From Actinomycetota bacterium (GTDB taxonomy: Bacteria; Actinomycetota; UBA4738; HRBIN12): 52,021 nt of DNA. Shown in pieces: positions 26,214-34,920 of this stretch (position 1 is its first letter; the number at the start of each line of letters is the position of its first letter). Where the stretch lies: positions 1 through 52,021 of the forward strand of contig DATBLA010000162.1 of the NCBI GenBank assembly GCA_036555645.1. Reading direction: 5' to 3'. The position numbers were made by a program, and so were the translations under genes. The notes below the pieces were generated by a model that worked only from the letters and a program-made list of their open reading frames with translations, had not been told where the DNA came from and made no database searches.

Positions 26214-27319
26214 GCGCGCGGGCGCTCCTTGTTCGTGTCGTAGACCGGGAGGGCGTCGACGGTTCCCGTCGTCGTCCCCTCCCCCACCGCGACGTCCACC
26301 TGCGTGCCCGCCGTTGCGTGGCCGCTGCGGACGATCGCCAGCCCGATCTTGCCGAACCGCGGACTGTCGGTCGGGCTCGTGAGGACGCCGATCTCCTCGC
26401 CGTCGCGGGTGACGGTCGCGCCGTACTCGGGCAGCGTGTCGCCCTCGAGCCGGAGCGTGACGAAGCGGTTCGGCGGGTCGGCCGCCACCTCGCGCAGCCG
26501 CTCCTTGCCCGCGAACTCCGCGTCGGTGTTCAGCGCGACGAAGCGATCCAGGCCGAAGTCGAACGGCGTGCGCTGGTGCGGCTCGTAGTCGTAGTCGGTC
26601 ACGATGAGGCCCGCCTCGATGCGGAGCACCTCGATCGCCTCGACGCCGAACGGCGTCACGCCGGCGCCCACGACGGCCTCCCACAGGGCGGCGGCGTCGC
26701 CGGGATCGGTGAGGAACAGCTCGAACCCCATCTCTCCGCCGAAGCCCGTCCTCGAGAGCACGACCTCGACGCCTCCCACCCGGACCGGGTCCGGGAAGAA
26801 CCGGAAGTACCGGAGGGCGCCGACGTCGGCGTCGGTCAGCTTCTGCACGACCTCACGCGACCTCGGCCCGATCACGCCGAGGTGTGGCATCCGCGGCGCG
26901 ATCCACTCCACGCGGACGTCGAAGTCCCCGAGCAGTCCGGCGAAGTACTCCTCGCGGTCCTTGCCGTTCGTCATGACCCAGCAGTGGTCGCCGCGACCCG
27001 TGTTGAAGACCGTCCCGTCGTCGACCATGAGCCCGTCGGCGTCGAGGAACGCCCCGTAGCGAGCCTGGCCCACCTCGAGCCCGAGCACGTCGCCCGAGAA
27101 GACGTACTGCGCGGCCCGCATCGCGTCCGGACCCGCGAAGTCCCACTTGTTCAAGGGGGAGACGTCCCAGACGGCGACGTCGTCCCGGACGGCGGCGTAC
27201 TCCGCGCCCAGGTTCCCGAACCCCTCCACCCACAGCCAGCCGCCGTCGGCGACGTGGCTCGCCCCCTGGGCGGCCGTCACGTCGTGGAAGGCGGTCTTGA
27301 TCGCGTCGTCGTCGCTCAT
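26210..27319 (-). CDS. Aminomethyltransferase-family (GcvT-like) folate-binding protein
   Basis: ATG 27319 is preceded by CCGGAGGA. Contains VWDVSPLNKWDFAGPDA, SRTGFGGEMGFELF and LPVYDTNKERPRA. Confidence 0.85.
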   Translation of the reverse strand: MSDDDAIKTAFHDVTAAQGASHVADGGWLWVEGFGNLGAEYAAVRDDVAVWDVSPLNKWDFAGPDAMRAAQYVFSGDVLGLEVGQARYGAFLDADGLMVDDGTVFNTGRGDHCWVMTNGKDREEYFAGLLGDFDVRVEWIAPRMPHLGVIGPRSREVVQKLTDADVGALRYFRFFPDPVRVGGVEVVLSRTGFGGEMGFELFLTDPGDAAALWEAVVGAGVTPFGVEAIEVLRIEAGLIVTDYDYEPHQRTPFDFGLDRFVALNTDAEFAGKERLREVAADPPNRFVTLRLEGDTLPEYGATVTRDGEEIGVLTSPTDSPRFGKIGLAIVRSGHATAGTQVDVAVGEGTTTGTVDALPVYDTNKERPRA

Positions 27320-27390
27320 GGGATCCTCCGGTCGCTGGAGACGGCATCCTCCCACGGGTTTGACTCACCGTTCAACCGCCGCAACCGGGC

Positions 27391-28008
27391 TCAGCCGGAC
27401 GTGATCCGAAGCTGGTCCCGTACCGAGCCCTGCCCGCTCTCGGCCAGCCTCGACGCCACGATCAGGAACAGCTGGGCGGTGACGAGAGCGTCGTCGAGCG
27501 CGTCGTGGGGGCTGGCCACCGGGACGCCGTAGCGGTTCGCGGTCGACGAGAGCGTCTCGCGTACGTCGGGTTCCGTGCCCTCGAGCCGGATCACGAGCCG
27601 CCGGACGTCGATCGTCCTCGACACCCACGAGCGGTGCCATCCGCCGAAGATCCGCTGCAGGAACGCGATCTCGACCTCGGCGAACCAAGCGAGCACGAAC
27701 CGGCGCTCGAGCGCGGAGCGAAGCGACCGGCGAGCGACCTCCAGCGACGGGGCATCGGCCAGGTCCTCGGGAAGGAGCTGATGGACCTTCATCGAGGACG
27801 GCGACGGCGGGACATCCGGCGCCACCAACTGATGGACGGCCTCGCCGAGCAGCACCCGGCCCCGCCGCACCGGCACGACGCCGAACGACACGATCGCGTC
27901 GCGGCGCCGGTCGAGCCCGGTCGTCTCGAAGTCGAGGGACGCGAGCTCGACCTCGCGCCAGTCGCGCCGGCGGAGCCGGCGAGGCGGTGGCGCCGGCGAG
28001 GACCTCAC
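27391..28008 (-). CDS. DEDDh 3'-5' exonuclease (DnaQ-like)
   Basis: SLDFETTGLD (Exo I) and PHDALDDALVTAQLF (Exo III with His). Start placed at GTG 28008, which forms a GTGA overlap with the upstream stop. The longer alternative start is at 28035. Confidence 0.7.
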   Translation of the reverse strand: MRSSPAPPPRRLRRRDWREVELASLDFETTGLDRRRDAIVSFGVVPVRRGRVLLGEAVHQLVAPDVPPSPSSMKVHQLLPEDLADAPSLEVARRSLRSALERRFVLAWFAEVEIAFLQRIFGGWHRSWVSRTIDVRRLVIRLEGTEPDVRETLSSTANRYGVPVASPHDALDDALVTAQLFLIVASRLAESGQGSVRDQLRITSG

Positions 28009-28622
28009 GTCGCGGAGGTCCTCGAGGAACGGCACCGGATGATCTCGCGCTCGGTGACGATCGCGTCGACCGATCGATCGCCCCTCCCGGACGGGACGCG
28101 GTCGACGATCTGGTGATCGAACGCGACGGCGATCGCGGGCACGCCGGGGCGCAGGCGCCCGAGGAACCGGTCGTAGTACCCGCCGCCGTACCCGACCCGG
28201 CCACCCGCCCGGTCGAACGCGACCCCGGGGACGACGACGAGGTCGATCGAGGCGGGATCGACGGCACGGCCCGAGGCCGGCTCCATCGCCCCGAACGACG
28301 CCGTCGTCACCGGGTCTCCCGGCGACCAGCCGACCGCGGTCATCTCGGTTCCCTCGAGCCGCGGCAGCGCGATCGACGAGCCGGCCGCGACGAGCCGATC
28401 GATGAGCGGCGCGGTGTCGACCTCGCTCCCGAACGACCAGAACGCGAGCACCGTTCGGGCGCGCTTGGCCTCGGGCAGACCGGCGAACCGTTCGGCGATC
28501 GCCTCGCTCGCGGCGTCACGCTCGCGAGACGTCATCGCATCGCGCTCTGCGAGGACCGCCCGCCGAAGCGATCGCTTCTCCCGCTTGAGCCGGTGGGCGG
28601 GAGGTGGATGCGGGTCGCTCAT
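28005..28622 (-). CDS. 5-formyltetrahydrofolate cyclo-ligase
   Basis: 205 aa from ATG 28622 (ATGA overlap with the LLM stop). Contains VVVPGVAFDRAGGRVGYGGGYYDRFL. Confidence 0.85.
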   Translation of the reverse strand: MSDPHPPPAHRLKREKRSLRRAVLAERDAMTSRERDAASEAIAERFAGLPEAKRARTVLAFWSFGSEVDTAPLIDRLVAAGSSIALPRLEGTEMTAVGWSPGDPVTTASFGAMEPASGRAVDPASIDLVVVPGVAFDRAGGRVGYGGGYYDRFLGRLRPGVPAIAVAFDHQIVDRVPSGRGDRSVDAIVTEREIIRCRSSRTSAT

Positions 28623-29506
28623 CGGACCCGCGGCATGACGATCTCCACGACGCGTTCGAGCGGCGCCGGACCCGCGACCACGAGCACCGCCCACGAGGCG
28701 CCGGCCGACGCCAGGCCGCCGAGATGCTCCGCCAGGTCCTCGCCGCTCCCCGCCCACACGTCGGTCTCGAGACCCCGGCGCTTCCGCTCCTCCAGCGCCG
28801 ACTCGGCCTCGGCACGGTCGCGACCGACGACGGCGATCCCCGCCCAGGTCGAGGTCACGTCGCGTCCGGCGGCGACGTCGCGGAGCAGCCGGGTCTTCCG
28901 CTCGAACTCGGCGACGTCCATCCCCCATCCGTTCCAGGCGTCCGCCTCGCGGGCCGCGATCTCGACGACCGCGTCCGCGAAGCCGCCGATCCAGATCGGG
29001 GGGCCGGGCGGACGTGCGGGCGCGGGAAGGAGCGGACCGTCCATCGGCGGGACGTGCCCGGCGCCGGGCCACGCCTCGCCGCGGAACAGCGCGCGGATCG
29101 CCCGCACCGTCTCGACGAGGTGCTCCCGACGTTCGGTGGTGCCGAGGTAGGGGAACCCGAACGTGTCGTGCTCGGCCCGGTCGATCGGGTCGCCGGTCCC
29201 GATCCCGAGGATCATCCTGCCGCCGCCCATCGCATCGATCGTCGCGGCGGCCTTCGCGACGAGTCCCGCGCTCCGCAGGGTGGCGCGCGTCACGAGCGTC
29301 CCCACGGCGACGCGCTCGGTCGAGCTCGCCACCGCCGAGAGCATCGCGAACGCCTCGAGCGACGGACGCTCCGCGGTCGCGCCCGGCGGGAACAGGTGAT
29401 CGAACGCGAACACGCCGTCGAACCCCAGCGCCTCGGCGCGGGTCGCGGCCCCGCGAACGCGATCGACGTCGCCCGAGAACAACGGGAGCACGAGTCCGAT
29501 CTTCAC
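28619..29506 (-). CDS. Luciferase-like monooxygenase (LLM) class, probably an F420-dependent oxidoreductase
   Basis: 295 aa TIM-barrel LLM pattern (KIGLVLP..., FDGVFAFDHLF, ILGIGTGD). Confidence 0.75.
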   Translation of the reverse strand: MKIGLVLPLFSGDVDRVRGAATRAEALGFDGVFAFDHLFPPGATAERPSLEAFAMLSAVASSTERVAVGTLVTRATLRSAGLVAKAAATIDAMGGGRMILGIGTGDPIDRAEHDTFGFPYLGTTERREHLVETVRAIRALFRGEAWPGAGHVPPMDGPLLPAPARPPGPPIWIGGFADAVVEIAAREADAWNGWGMDVAEFERKTRLLRDVAAGRDVTSTWAGIAVVGRDRAEAESALEERKRRGLETDVWAGSGEDLAEHLGGLASAGASWAVLVVAGPAPLERVVEIVMPRVR

Positions 29507-29507
29507 G

Positions 29508-30470
29508 TCAGGCCATCACGCGCCCGAGCTCCTCGAGGGCGAGCGCCGCGGCGCCGACCGCGCCCGCGTCGTTGCCGAGCCCGGCCGCGACGATGGGGAC
29601 GCGGGGCCGGTACTCGGGCCCCTCGACGGCCTCGAGGAAGGCGGCGCGCGCCGGCTCGAGGAGGAGGTCCCCGGCCTGGATCGCCCCGCCGCCGACGAGG
29701 ACGATCTGCGGGTCCAGGACGTTCACGAGGCCGGCGATCCCCTGGCCGAGCCTGCGGCCGACCTCGGTCAGGATCGTCCTCGACGCGTCGTCACCCTGCT
29801 GCGCGGCCTGCGAGACGAGCGCCCCGGTGACCGCCCGGGGGTCGCCTCCCGCGAGTCTGGCCAGGATCGAGTGCGGCTGCTCGCTCGCCGCCTCGCGGCC
29901 CAGGCGGTCGATCGCGCGCCCGGCCGCGACCTGCTCCCAGCATCCGCGGTTCCCGCAGCCGCACCGCGGCCCGTCCGGCTCGACGATCGTGTGCCCGATC
30001 TCGGCGGCGAACCCGTGCGCCCCGCGGAACAGCCGCCCGTCCCAGACGACGCCCCCGCCGATCCCCGTGCCCACGGTGACGAGGAGCAGGTGACGGTACC
30101 CGCGTCCGGCGCCGAAGCGGTACTCGGCGTACGCGGCCATGCTCGCGTCGTTGTCGACCTGGCACGGCAGTCCGAGGGCCTCGCGCATCCGGGCGGCGAT
30201 CGGCAGGTTGCGCCAGGCGAGGTTCGGCGCGAAGCGGAGGACCCCTTCGGAGGCGTCGACCAACCCCGCGGCGCCCACGCCCACCGCGAGCACGTCTGGC
30301 GTTCGGAGCGAGGCCGCGAGATCGATCATCGTGGCGAGCGTCTCCTCCTCGTCGTCGGCCGGCGTCGGTCGGACGGCGCGATCGAGGATCGTCCCGTCGC
30401 GCGCGACGCGGAACGCGTTGATCTTCGTCCCGCCGATGTCGAGGCCGATGGCCTCGCCTTCGCTCCCCAC
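29508..30470 (-). CDS. ROK-family glucokinase
   Basis: IGLDIGGTKI, VTVGTGIGGGVV and the zinc motif GHTIVEPDGPRCGCGNRGCWE. Confidence 0.85.
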   Translation of the reverse strand: MGSEGEAIGLDIGGTKINAFRVARDGTILDRAVRPTPADDEEETLATMIDLAASLRTPDVLAVGVGAAGLVDASEGVLRFAPNLAWRNLPIAARMREALGLPCQVDNDASMAAYAEYRFGAGRGYRHLLLVTVGTGIGGGVVWDGRLFRGAHGFAAEIGHTIVEPDGPRCGCGNRGCWEQVAAGRAIDRLGREAASEQPHSILARLAGGDPRAVTGALVSQAAQQGDDASRTILTEVGRRLGQGIAGLVNVLDPQIVLVGGGAIQAGDLLLEPARAAFLEAVEGPEYRPRVPIVAAGLGNDAGAVGAAALALEELGRVMA

Positions 30471-30515
30471 CGCCGGCGCCCGCGCCCTAGTCGCGGCGCG
30501 AGCGCGAGGGCGGGC

Positions 30516-30803
30516 TCACGAGATCTCGATCCGCTCGAAGTCGCGAGCGCCGTTCGGGTTGGGCTCCTTGCCCTCGAGATCGTCGCCGCGAACGTCGATC
30601 ACCGCGCGCGCCGCGAGGAAGAACTCGCGCGCCGCGGCGAGCAGGTGCTCGAGGGTGTCCGGCGCGGCACCCTGTGCGGCCGTCACCACGAGGCAGATGG
30701 GGCAGAAGGCGACCGTGCACACGGGCGGCTTGCCCGGTTCGCCGGCCGCGGCGGCGTGGCCATCGCCGGCCGCCTGGGTCGTGGGGTCCTCGGTCTCAGG
30801 CAC
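30516..30803 (-). CDS. Small hypothetical protein with a CTVAFCPIC motif
   Basis: GTG 30803 overlaps the ArsA-like stop by 8 nt. 95 aa. Confidence 0.5.
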   Translation of the reverse strand: MPETEDPTTQAAGDGHAAAAGEPGKPPVCTVAFCPICLVVTAAQGAAPDTLEHLLAAAREFFLAARAVIDVRGDDLEGKEPNPNGARDFERIEIS

Positions 30804-31995
30804 GCGCGCTCCTTCCCGCCGGCGCGGAGGGGTTCCGCGCGAAGGCGATCTCGAGATGCTCACCGACGAAGTTGGCTCCCTTGACCTCCATCCGCTGGAG
30901 GGTCTGGGGCAGCACGAGGTTGCGCTTGTAGCTGCCGACGCGGACGTACAGCTCCTCGCCTCGGCGATGGATGTCCATGTCCCCGCGCGAGACGAACGGC
31001 AGCCGCATCGACAGCACGTATCCGCTCGAGCGGCGTCGCACGCGGATCGGGTCGTCCCGGAACAGGATGTCGGTCACGGGTCGCTCCCCGTACACCTCCG
31101 TCCCGAGGTCGTCGAGCAGGGACAGCCCGACCATCTCGCGATCGAACAGGCGCGACGTGAGGATGGGCACCGGCTCGAACGACTCGCGGACGGTCTGCAG
31201 GTGCTCGGCCTGGATGTCCTTCCACTTGCCGAAATACGGGTCGGTCACGTCGTCGGGGATGATCCGGTTCACCACGACCGCGTCGACGCGGTACCCGAAC
31301 AGCCCGAGGTAGGTGTACGTGCGACGCGCCTCGGAGATGACCATCTTCTCGGGGTTCACGACGAGCCGAACCGTCGAGGACGCCTCGTCGGTGAGGATCC
31401 GATGGACCGCGTTCAGGTTCCGATGGAGACGCTCGACGGCCGCGTAGAAGCGCTCCCCGGCGATCGGCAGCGTGGTCATCCTCGTCACGATCGGGCGCAG
31501 GGTCTTCACGACCCGCCGCTCGACCGGGAAGATCCGCTCGATGTACCAGTTCATGACCTCGGGCAGCGACAGGAGGCGGAGGGTCTCGGCCGTGGGGGCG
31601 CAGTCGACGATCAGCAGGTCGTAATTGCCGCCCTCGACGTGGGTCTTCACGTCGATGAGCGCGAAGATCTCGTCGAGCCCGGGGATCACCGAGAGCTCCT
31701 CGGCCTGGATCGTCTCGACGCCGGCCCAGTTCATGAGCTGGACGAAGTAGTCCTGGATCTCCCGCCAGTTCGACTCGAGGCGGCTCTGCGCGTCGATCTG
31801 CTCGGCCCACAGGTGCTCGGCGATCGGCGTCGCGTGCTCTCCGATCTCCTGATCGAACGAGTCACCGAGCGAGTGGGCCGGATCCGTGCTCATGACGAGG
31901 GTTCGGTTGCCCGCCCGCGCCGCCCGGACCGCGGTGGCGGCCGCGACCGTCGTCTTGCCGACCCCGCCCTTGCCGGTGAACAGGAGGACGCGCAT
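30796..31995 (-). CDS. ArsA/Get3-family P-loop ATPase with a C-terminal HSP20-like domain
   Basis: FTGKGGVGKTTVAAA P-loop, STDPAHSLGD, and a C-terminal beta-sandwich-like segment (YVLSMRLPF...EELYVRVGSYKRNLVLP). Confidence 0.9.
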   Translation of the reverse strand: MRVLLFTGKGGVGKTTVAAATAVRAARAGNRTLVMSTDPAHSLGDSFDQEIGEHATPIAEHLWAEQIDAQSRLESNWREIQDYFVQLMNWAGVETIQAEELSVIPGLDEIFALIDVKTHVEGGNYDLLIVDCAPTAETLRLLSLPEVMNWYIERIFPVERRVVKTLRPIVTRMTTLPIAGERFYAAVERLHRNLNAVHRILTDEASSTVRLVVNPEKMVISEARRTYTYLGLFGYRVDAVVVNRIIPDDVTDPYFGKWKDIQAEHLQTVRESFEPVPILTSRLFDREMVGLSLLDDLGTEVYGERPVTDILFRDDPIRVRRRSSGYVLSMRLPFVSRGDMDIHRRGEELYVRVGSYKRNLVLPQTLQRMEVKGANFVGEHLEIAFARNPSAPAGRSARA

Positions 31996-32045
31996 CGTCG
32001 GTCAGCCTAGCGTGGTCGCGGTGGTGCCGGAGCCGTGGCGCCGGC

Positions 32046-32489
32046 TCAGCCGAGCTCGACGCGGCGCTTCAGGCCCTCGAGCGCGTTCTCGATGACCCGC
32101 TTCTCCCCCTGGGTCCGCACGAACCCGGGGAGCAGCACGCCGAGATCGACCGCGAGCCGGTACACGACCTTCGTCTCGTCCTCGTCGATCTCGGTGAGCA
32201 GGTACTCGCCGGTGATGTTCGAGACCGCCCCGCGAGCCTCGGTCGAGACCCAGGACATCCCTCCGTCGGCCGGGGCGTACCGATACGCCAGCGTGTAGCT
32301 CGCCTTGCCGAGAACCGGGACCTCGACCTCGAAGGCCACCTTCGTCCCGACGCCGCCGTCGCCGCGCTCGAGAACCTCGACGGATTTCACGTCGGCCCAC
32401 TGCGGGTAGGCCTCGAAGTCGACGAGGACGTCCATGACCTCGGCCGAGGAGGCCTCGATGACGATCTGGCCCTCGGTCTGCTCGCTCAC
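32046..32489 (-). CDS. SRPBCC (polyketide cyclase/dehydrase-like) family protein
   Basis: 147 aa with EASSAEVMDVLVDFEAYPQW... Confidence 0.7.
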   Translation of the reverse strand: MSEQTEGQIVIEASSAEVMDVLVDFEAYPQWADVKSVEVLERGDGGVGTKVAFEVEVPVLGKASYTLAYRYAPADGGMSWVSTEARGAVSNITGEYLLTEIDEDETKVVYRLAVDLGVLLPGFVRTQGEKRVIENALEGLKRRVELG

Positions 32490-32499
32490 GCCGGCAATG

Positions 32500-33171
32500 C
32501 TAGCCCCGGGCCGCGGGAAGGGTGACGAAGGACGCGAGCACCATCGACAACAGGATCACGGCGGCCGAGGCCCAGAGCAACACGCGGGAGGTGACGAGGG
32601 GACGCTCGCCCGACGCCGCCCGGTACGCGTCGACCACCGAGGTCACCCAGACGGCCACGGTCGAGGCCGCGAACAGGACGAACAAGGGGATGGTCGCTCC
32701 GAGTCCCTTGCCCAGCCGCGAGACGGTCAGGATGAGCAGCGCGCCGAAGGACCACCCGAACACCGCGAACCGCGCGATCGCGTCGCCTCGCAGACCGAGC
32801 ATCCAGTGACCGAGGCCGGGAAGCAGGGCGGACCACAGCGCCGCGGTCCGCGGCTCGATCTCGGGCCTTTGGCCGGGCTCGGCGAGCAGGTGCCCGAACG
32901 GCGTGCCGCACGCGGCACACGCGCTCGCCTCGATCGGGTTGCGGGTCTCGCACGTCGGGCACGTCCAGGCCGCCCGTCCCTCGTCGACATCGATCCCGCC
33001 GCGGGTCCCCGAGACCCCCGCGCGCTCGCCGAGCCCGACGGCGGCTCTGGGCCGCGCGGGGGCGTCGGTCGACCGGTCGGCGAGGCGGACCGGCGTGAAG
33101 CACTGTCCGCACCATTCGGCGTCGGCCGAGACGAGGGCTCCGCAGCTCGGGCAGCGCTGCTCCGCGCTCAC
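32500..33171 (-). CDS. Double zinc-ribbon membrane protein, hypothetical
   Basis: GTG 33171. CPSCG...CGQC and CPTCE...CAACG are followed by about 4 hydrophobic helices. The upstream part of the 476-aa ORF is Arg/Gly/Pro noise. Confidence 0.6.
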   Translation of the reverse strand: MSAEQRCPSCGALVSADAEWCGQCFTPVRLADRSTDAPARPRAAVGLGERAGVSGTRGGIDVDEGRAAWTCPTCETRNPIEASACAACGTPFGHLLAEPGQRPEIEPRTAALWSALLPGLGHWMLGLRGDAIARFAVFGWSFGALLILTVSRLGKGLGATIPLFVLFAASTVAVWVTSVVDAYRAASGERPLVTSRVLLWASAAVILLSMVLASFVTLPAARG

Positions 33172-33206
33172 ACCCGCAGGGTACCTCGCCTCCGTCGCCC
33201 CGCCGA

Positions 33207-34370
33207 TCAAGGACGGGCGCGACCTCGGACCACCGCCTCCGTGAGCCAGCCGGCGAGCTGGTCCGCCGCACGCGGCCACGTGAACGAGCGCTCGACGCGC
33301 TCGCGCCCCGCCCGGCCCATCGCCTCGGCCCGGCCGGGATCGGCGAGGAGCGCGGCGACCGCATCGGCCACCTCCTCGACGCTCGCCCCGTCCACGAGCA
33401 GGCCGGTGACGTCGGGGTCGAGCGCCTCTCGCGCGCCGCCGGAGTCCCCGACGACGACGGGCCGTCCGCACGCGGCGGCCTCGATGAACACGTTGCCCCA
33501 CCCCTCCACCTCCAGACCCGCCCGACGCGTCCGGCACGGCATCGCGAAGACGTCGCCGGCCCGGTAGTAGCGCGGGAGATCGCCCTCGGAGACCTGCCCC
33601 GCGAACCCGACCGAACCGGCCGGCGCCTCGACCGCCAGGTGCTCGAGCCGGCCTCGGTCGGGCCCGTCGCCCACGATGAGCAGCCCCGCGTCCGGGACGA
33701 GGCGGCGGATCCGGGCCATGGCGCGGATGAGCACGTCCTGGCCCTTGCGGGGGACGAGTCGGCTCACGCACACGACGAGCGGGCGCCCGCCGAACCCGTG
33801 CCGATCCTTCAGGTCGTCGAACGGCAGGTCGGGTCGGAACGCCTCGGTATCGGCGCCCGGGTACAGGACCGAGACCGGAACCCCGTCCGGCACCGCGGTC
33901 CGGACCACCCGAGCGATGAACGCGCTGCACATGACCGCCACCCGTTCGGCCCGGCCGGTCGCACGGCGCACGAGCGCGTGCGTGCCCGGCGCGATCGACA
34001 GCCAGTACTCGAACCCGTGGGCCGCGGCCACGTACGGGGTGCCCGAGCGCGCCAGCGCCGGACCGAGGAGGGCGAGCGGATACGTGGCTCCGAACAGCAC
34101 CGCCTCCGCGCCGAACTCCCGGACCGCGGCCTGGATTCGTTCGCCGACCTCACGGGTCGGCCACAGCCATCGCTCCGGCTGGCGGAACACCCGGTACGAG
34201 GCCTCGGCGTCGAACGCGCCGGCTCCCTCCCACTCCGGGCACAGCACGGCGACCCGATCGGGCGGGAACTGCCGCACGAGCGCCTCGAGCGTTCGCTGGA
34301 TCCCCCCGACCCGAGGCGGGAAGTCGTTCGTGACGAGGAGGGTTCGAGGCACCTGCACGATCGGCGCCAT
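33207..34370 (-). CDS. GT4-family glycosyltransferase (PimB-like mannosyltransferase type)
   Basis: VTNDFPPRVGGIQ, RLVPRKGQD and EGWGNVFIEAAACGRPVV (E-X7-E region). Confidence 0.85.
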   Translation of the reverse strand: MAPIVQVPRTLLVTNDFPPRVGGIQRTLEALVRQFPPDRVAVLCPEWEGAGAFDAEASYRVFRQPERWLWPTREVGERIQAAVREFGAEAVLFGATYPLALLGPALARSGTPYVAAAHGFEYWLSIAPGTHALVRRATGRAERVAVMCSAFIARVVRTAVPDGVPVSVLYPGADTEAFRPDLPFDDLKDRHGFGGRPLVVCVSRLVPRKGQDVLIRAMARIRRLVPDAGLLIVGDGPDRGRLEHLAVEAPAGSVGFAGQVSEGDLPRYYRAGDVFAMPCRTRRAGLEVEGWGNVFIEAAACGRPVVVGDSGGAREALDPDVTGLLVDGASVEEVADAVAALLADPGRAEAMGRAGRERVERSFTWPRAADQLAGWLTEAVVRGRARP

Positions 34371-34582
34371 CCTCGCAGAGGGCTCCTCCGACGGCCGCCC
34401 ACCACCCGCCGTGTCGGCCGAATGGGGGGTGCCCGGGCGACCTTCGGCCCAGGTCCGATACTACGGTCGGTGCCAGTTTTCAAGACTGGAATTGATGGGA
34501 TTCGGGTCGGTAGAACAGGTGTTGCGCCCCGAGGACCCCATTCCGGACCCCGGCGCACTGGTCGACAGGTAGGAGACAAGGG

Positions 34583-34861
34583 TTGAACAAAGACCGCGTC
34601 GCCGGAATCGACCCGCGAAGCCTTCCCAACGACCCCTCACCGCCGGACATGTGGCAGGACAAGGCGGCCTGCTACGGCATCGACCCCGATACCTTCTTCC
34701 CGACCTCCGAGGAGGAGGCCGGACCGGCCCTCGCGTTCTGCTCGGTCTGCTCGATCCGGGACACGTGCCTGGCCTGGGCGCTGAAGAACGGGGAACGCTA
34801 CGGCGTCTGGGGCGGGCTCACCGAACAGCAGCGTCGCCGCGTCGTCCGCTTCGTCGCCTGA
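34583..34861 (+). CDS. whiB: WhiB-family (Wbl) Fe-S transcription factor
   Basis: TTG start with AGGAGA 7 nt upstream. Four Cys (AACYG...AFCSVCSIRDTC) and the GVWGG turn. Confidence 0.9.
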   Translation: MNKDRVAGIDPRSLPNDPSPPDMWQDKAACYGIDPDTFFPTSEEEAGPALAFCSVCSIRDTCLAWALKNGERYGVWGGLTEQQRRRVVRFVA

Positions 34862-34920
34862 GCAGCTTCGCCTCGCACGACGCTCGTCGGCCCCGCCTGC
34901 GCGGACCATACTGGCGACCG

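Noticed and set aside
28619-30470. An LLM protein next to a glucokinase could be the F420-dependent glucose-6-phosphate dehydrogenase (FGD).
   Set aside because: It is about 40 residues shorter than FGD, and by eye it does not share the FGD N-terminal and substrate-binding stretches that I recall. It is kept as a generic F420-type LLM.
34520-34582. C-rich segments (GACCCCATTCCGGACCCCGG) in the whiB leader reminiscent of the actinobacterial 6C sRNA.
   Set aside because: There are only two short C4 runs and no pair of convincing stem-loops with C-rich loops. They are more simply part of the whiB 5' UTR.
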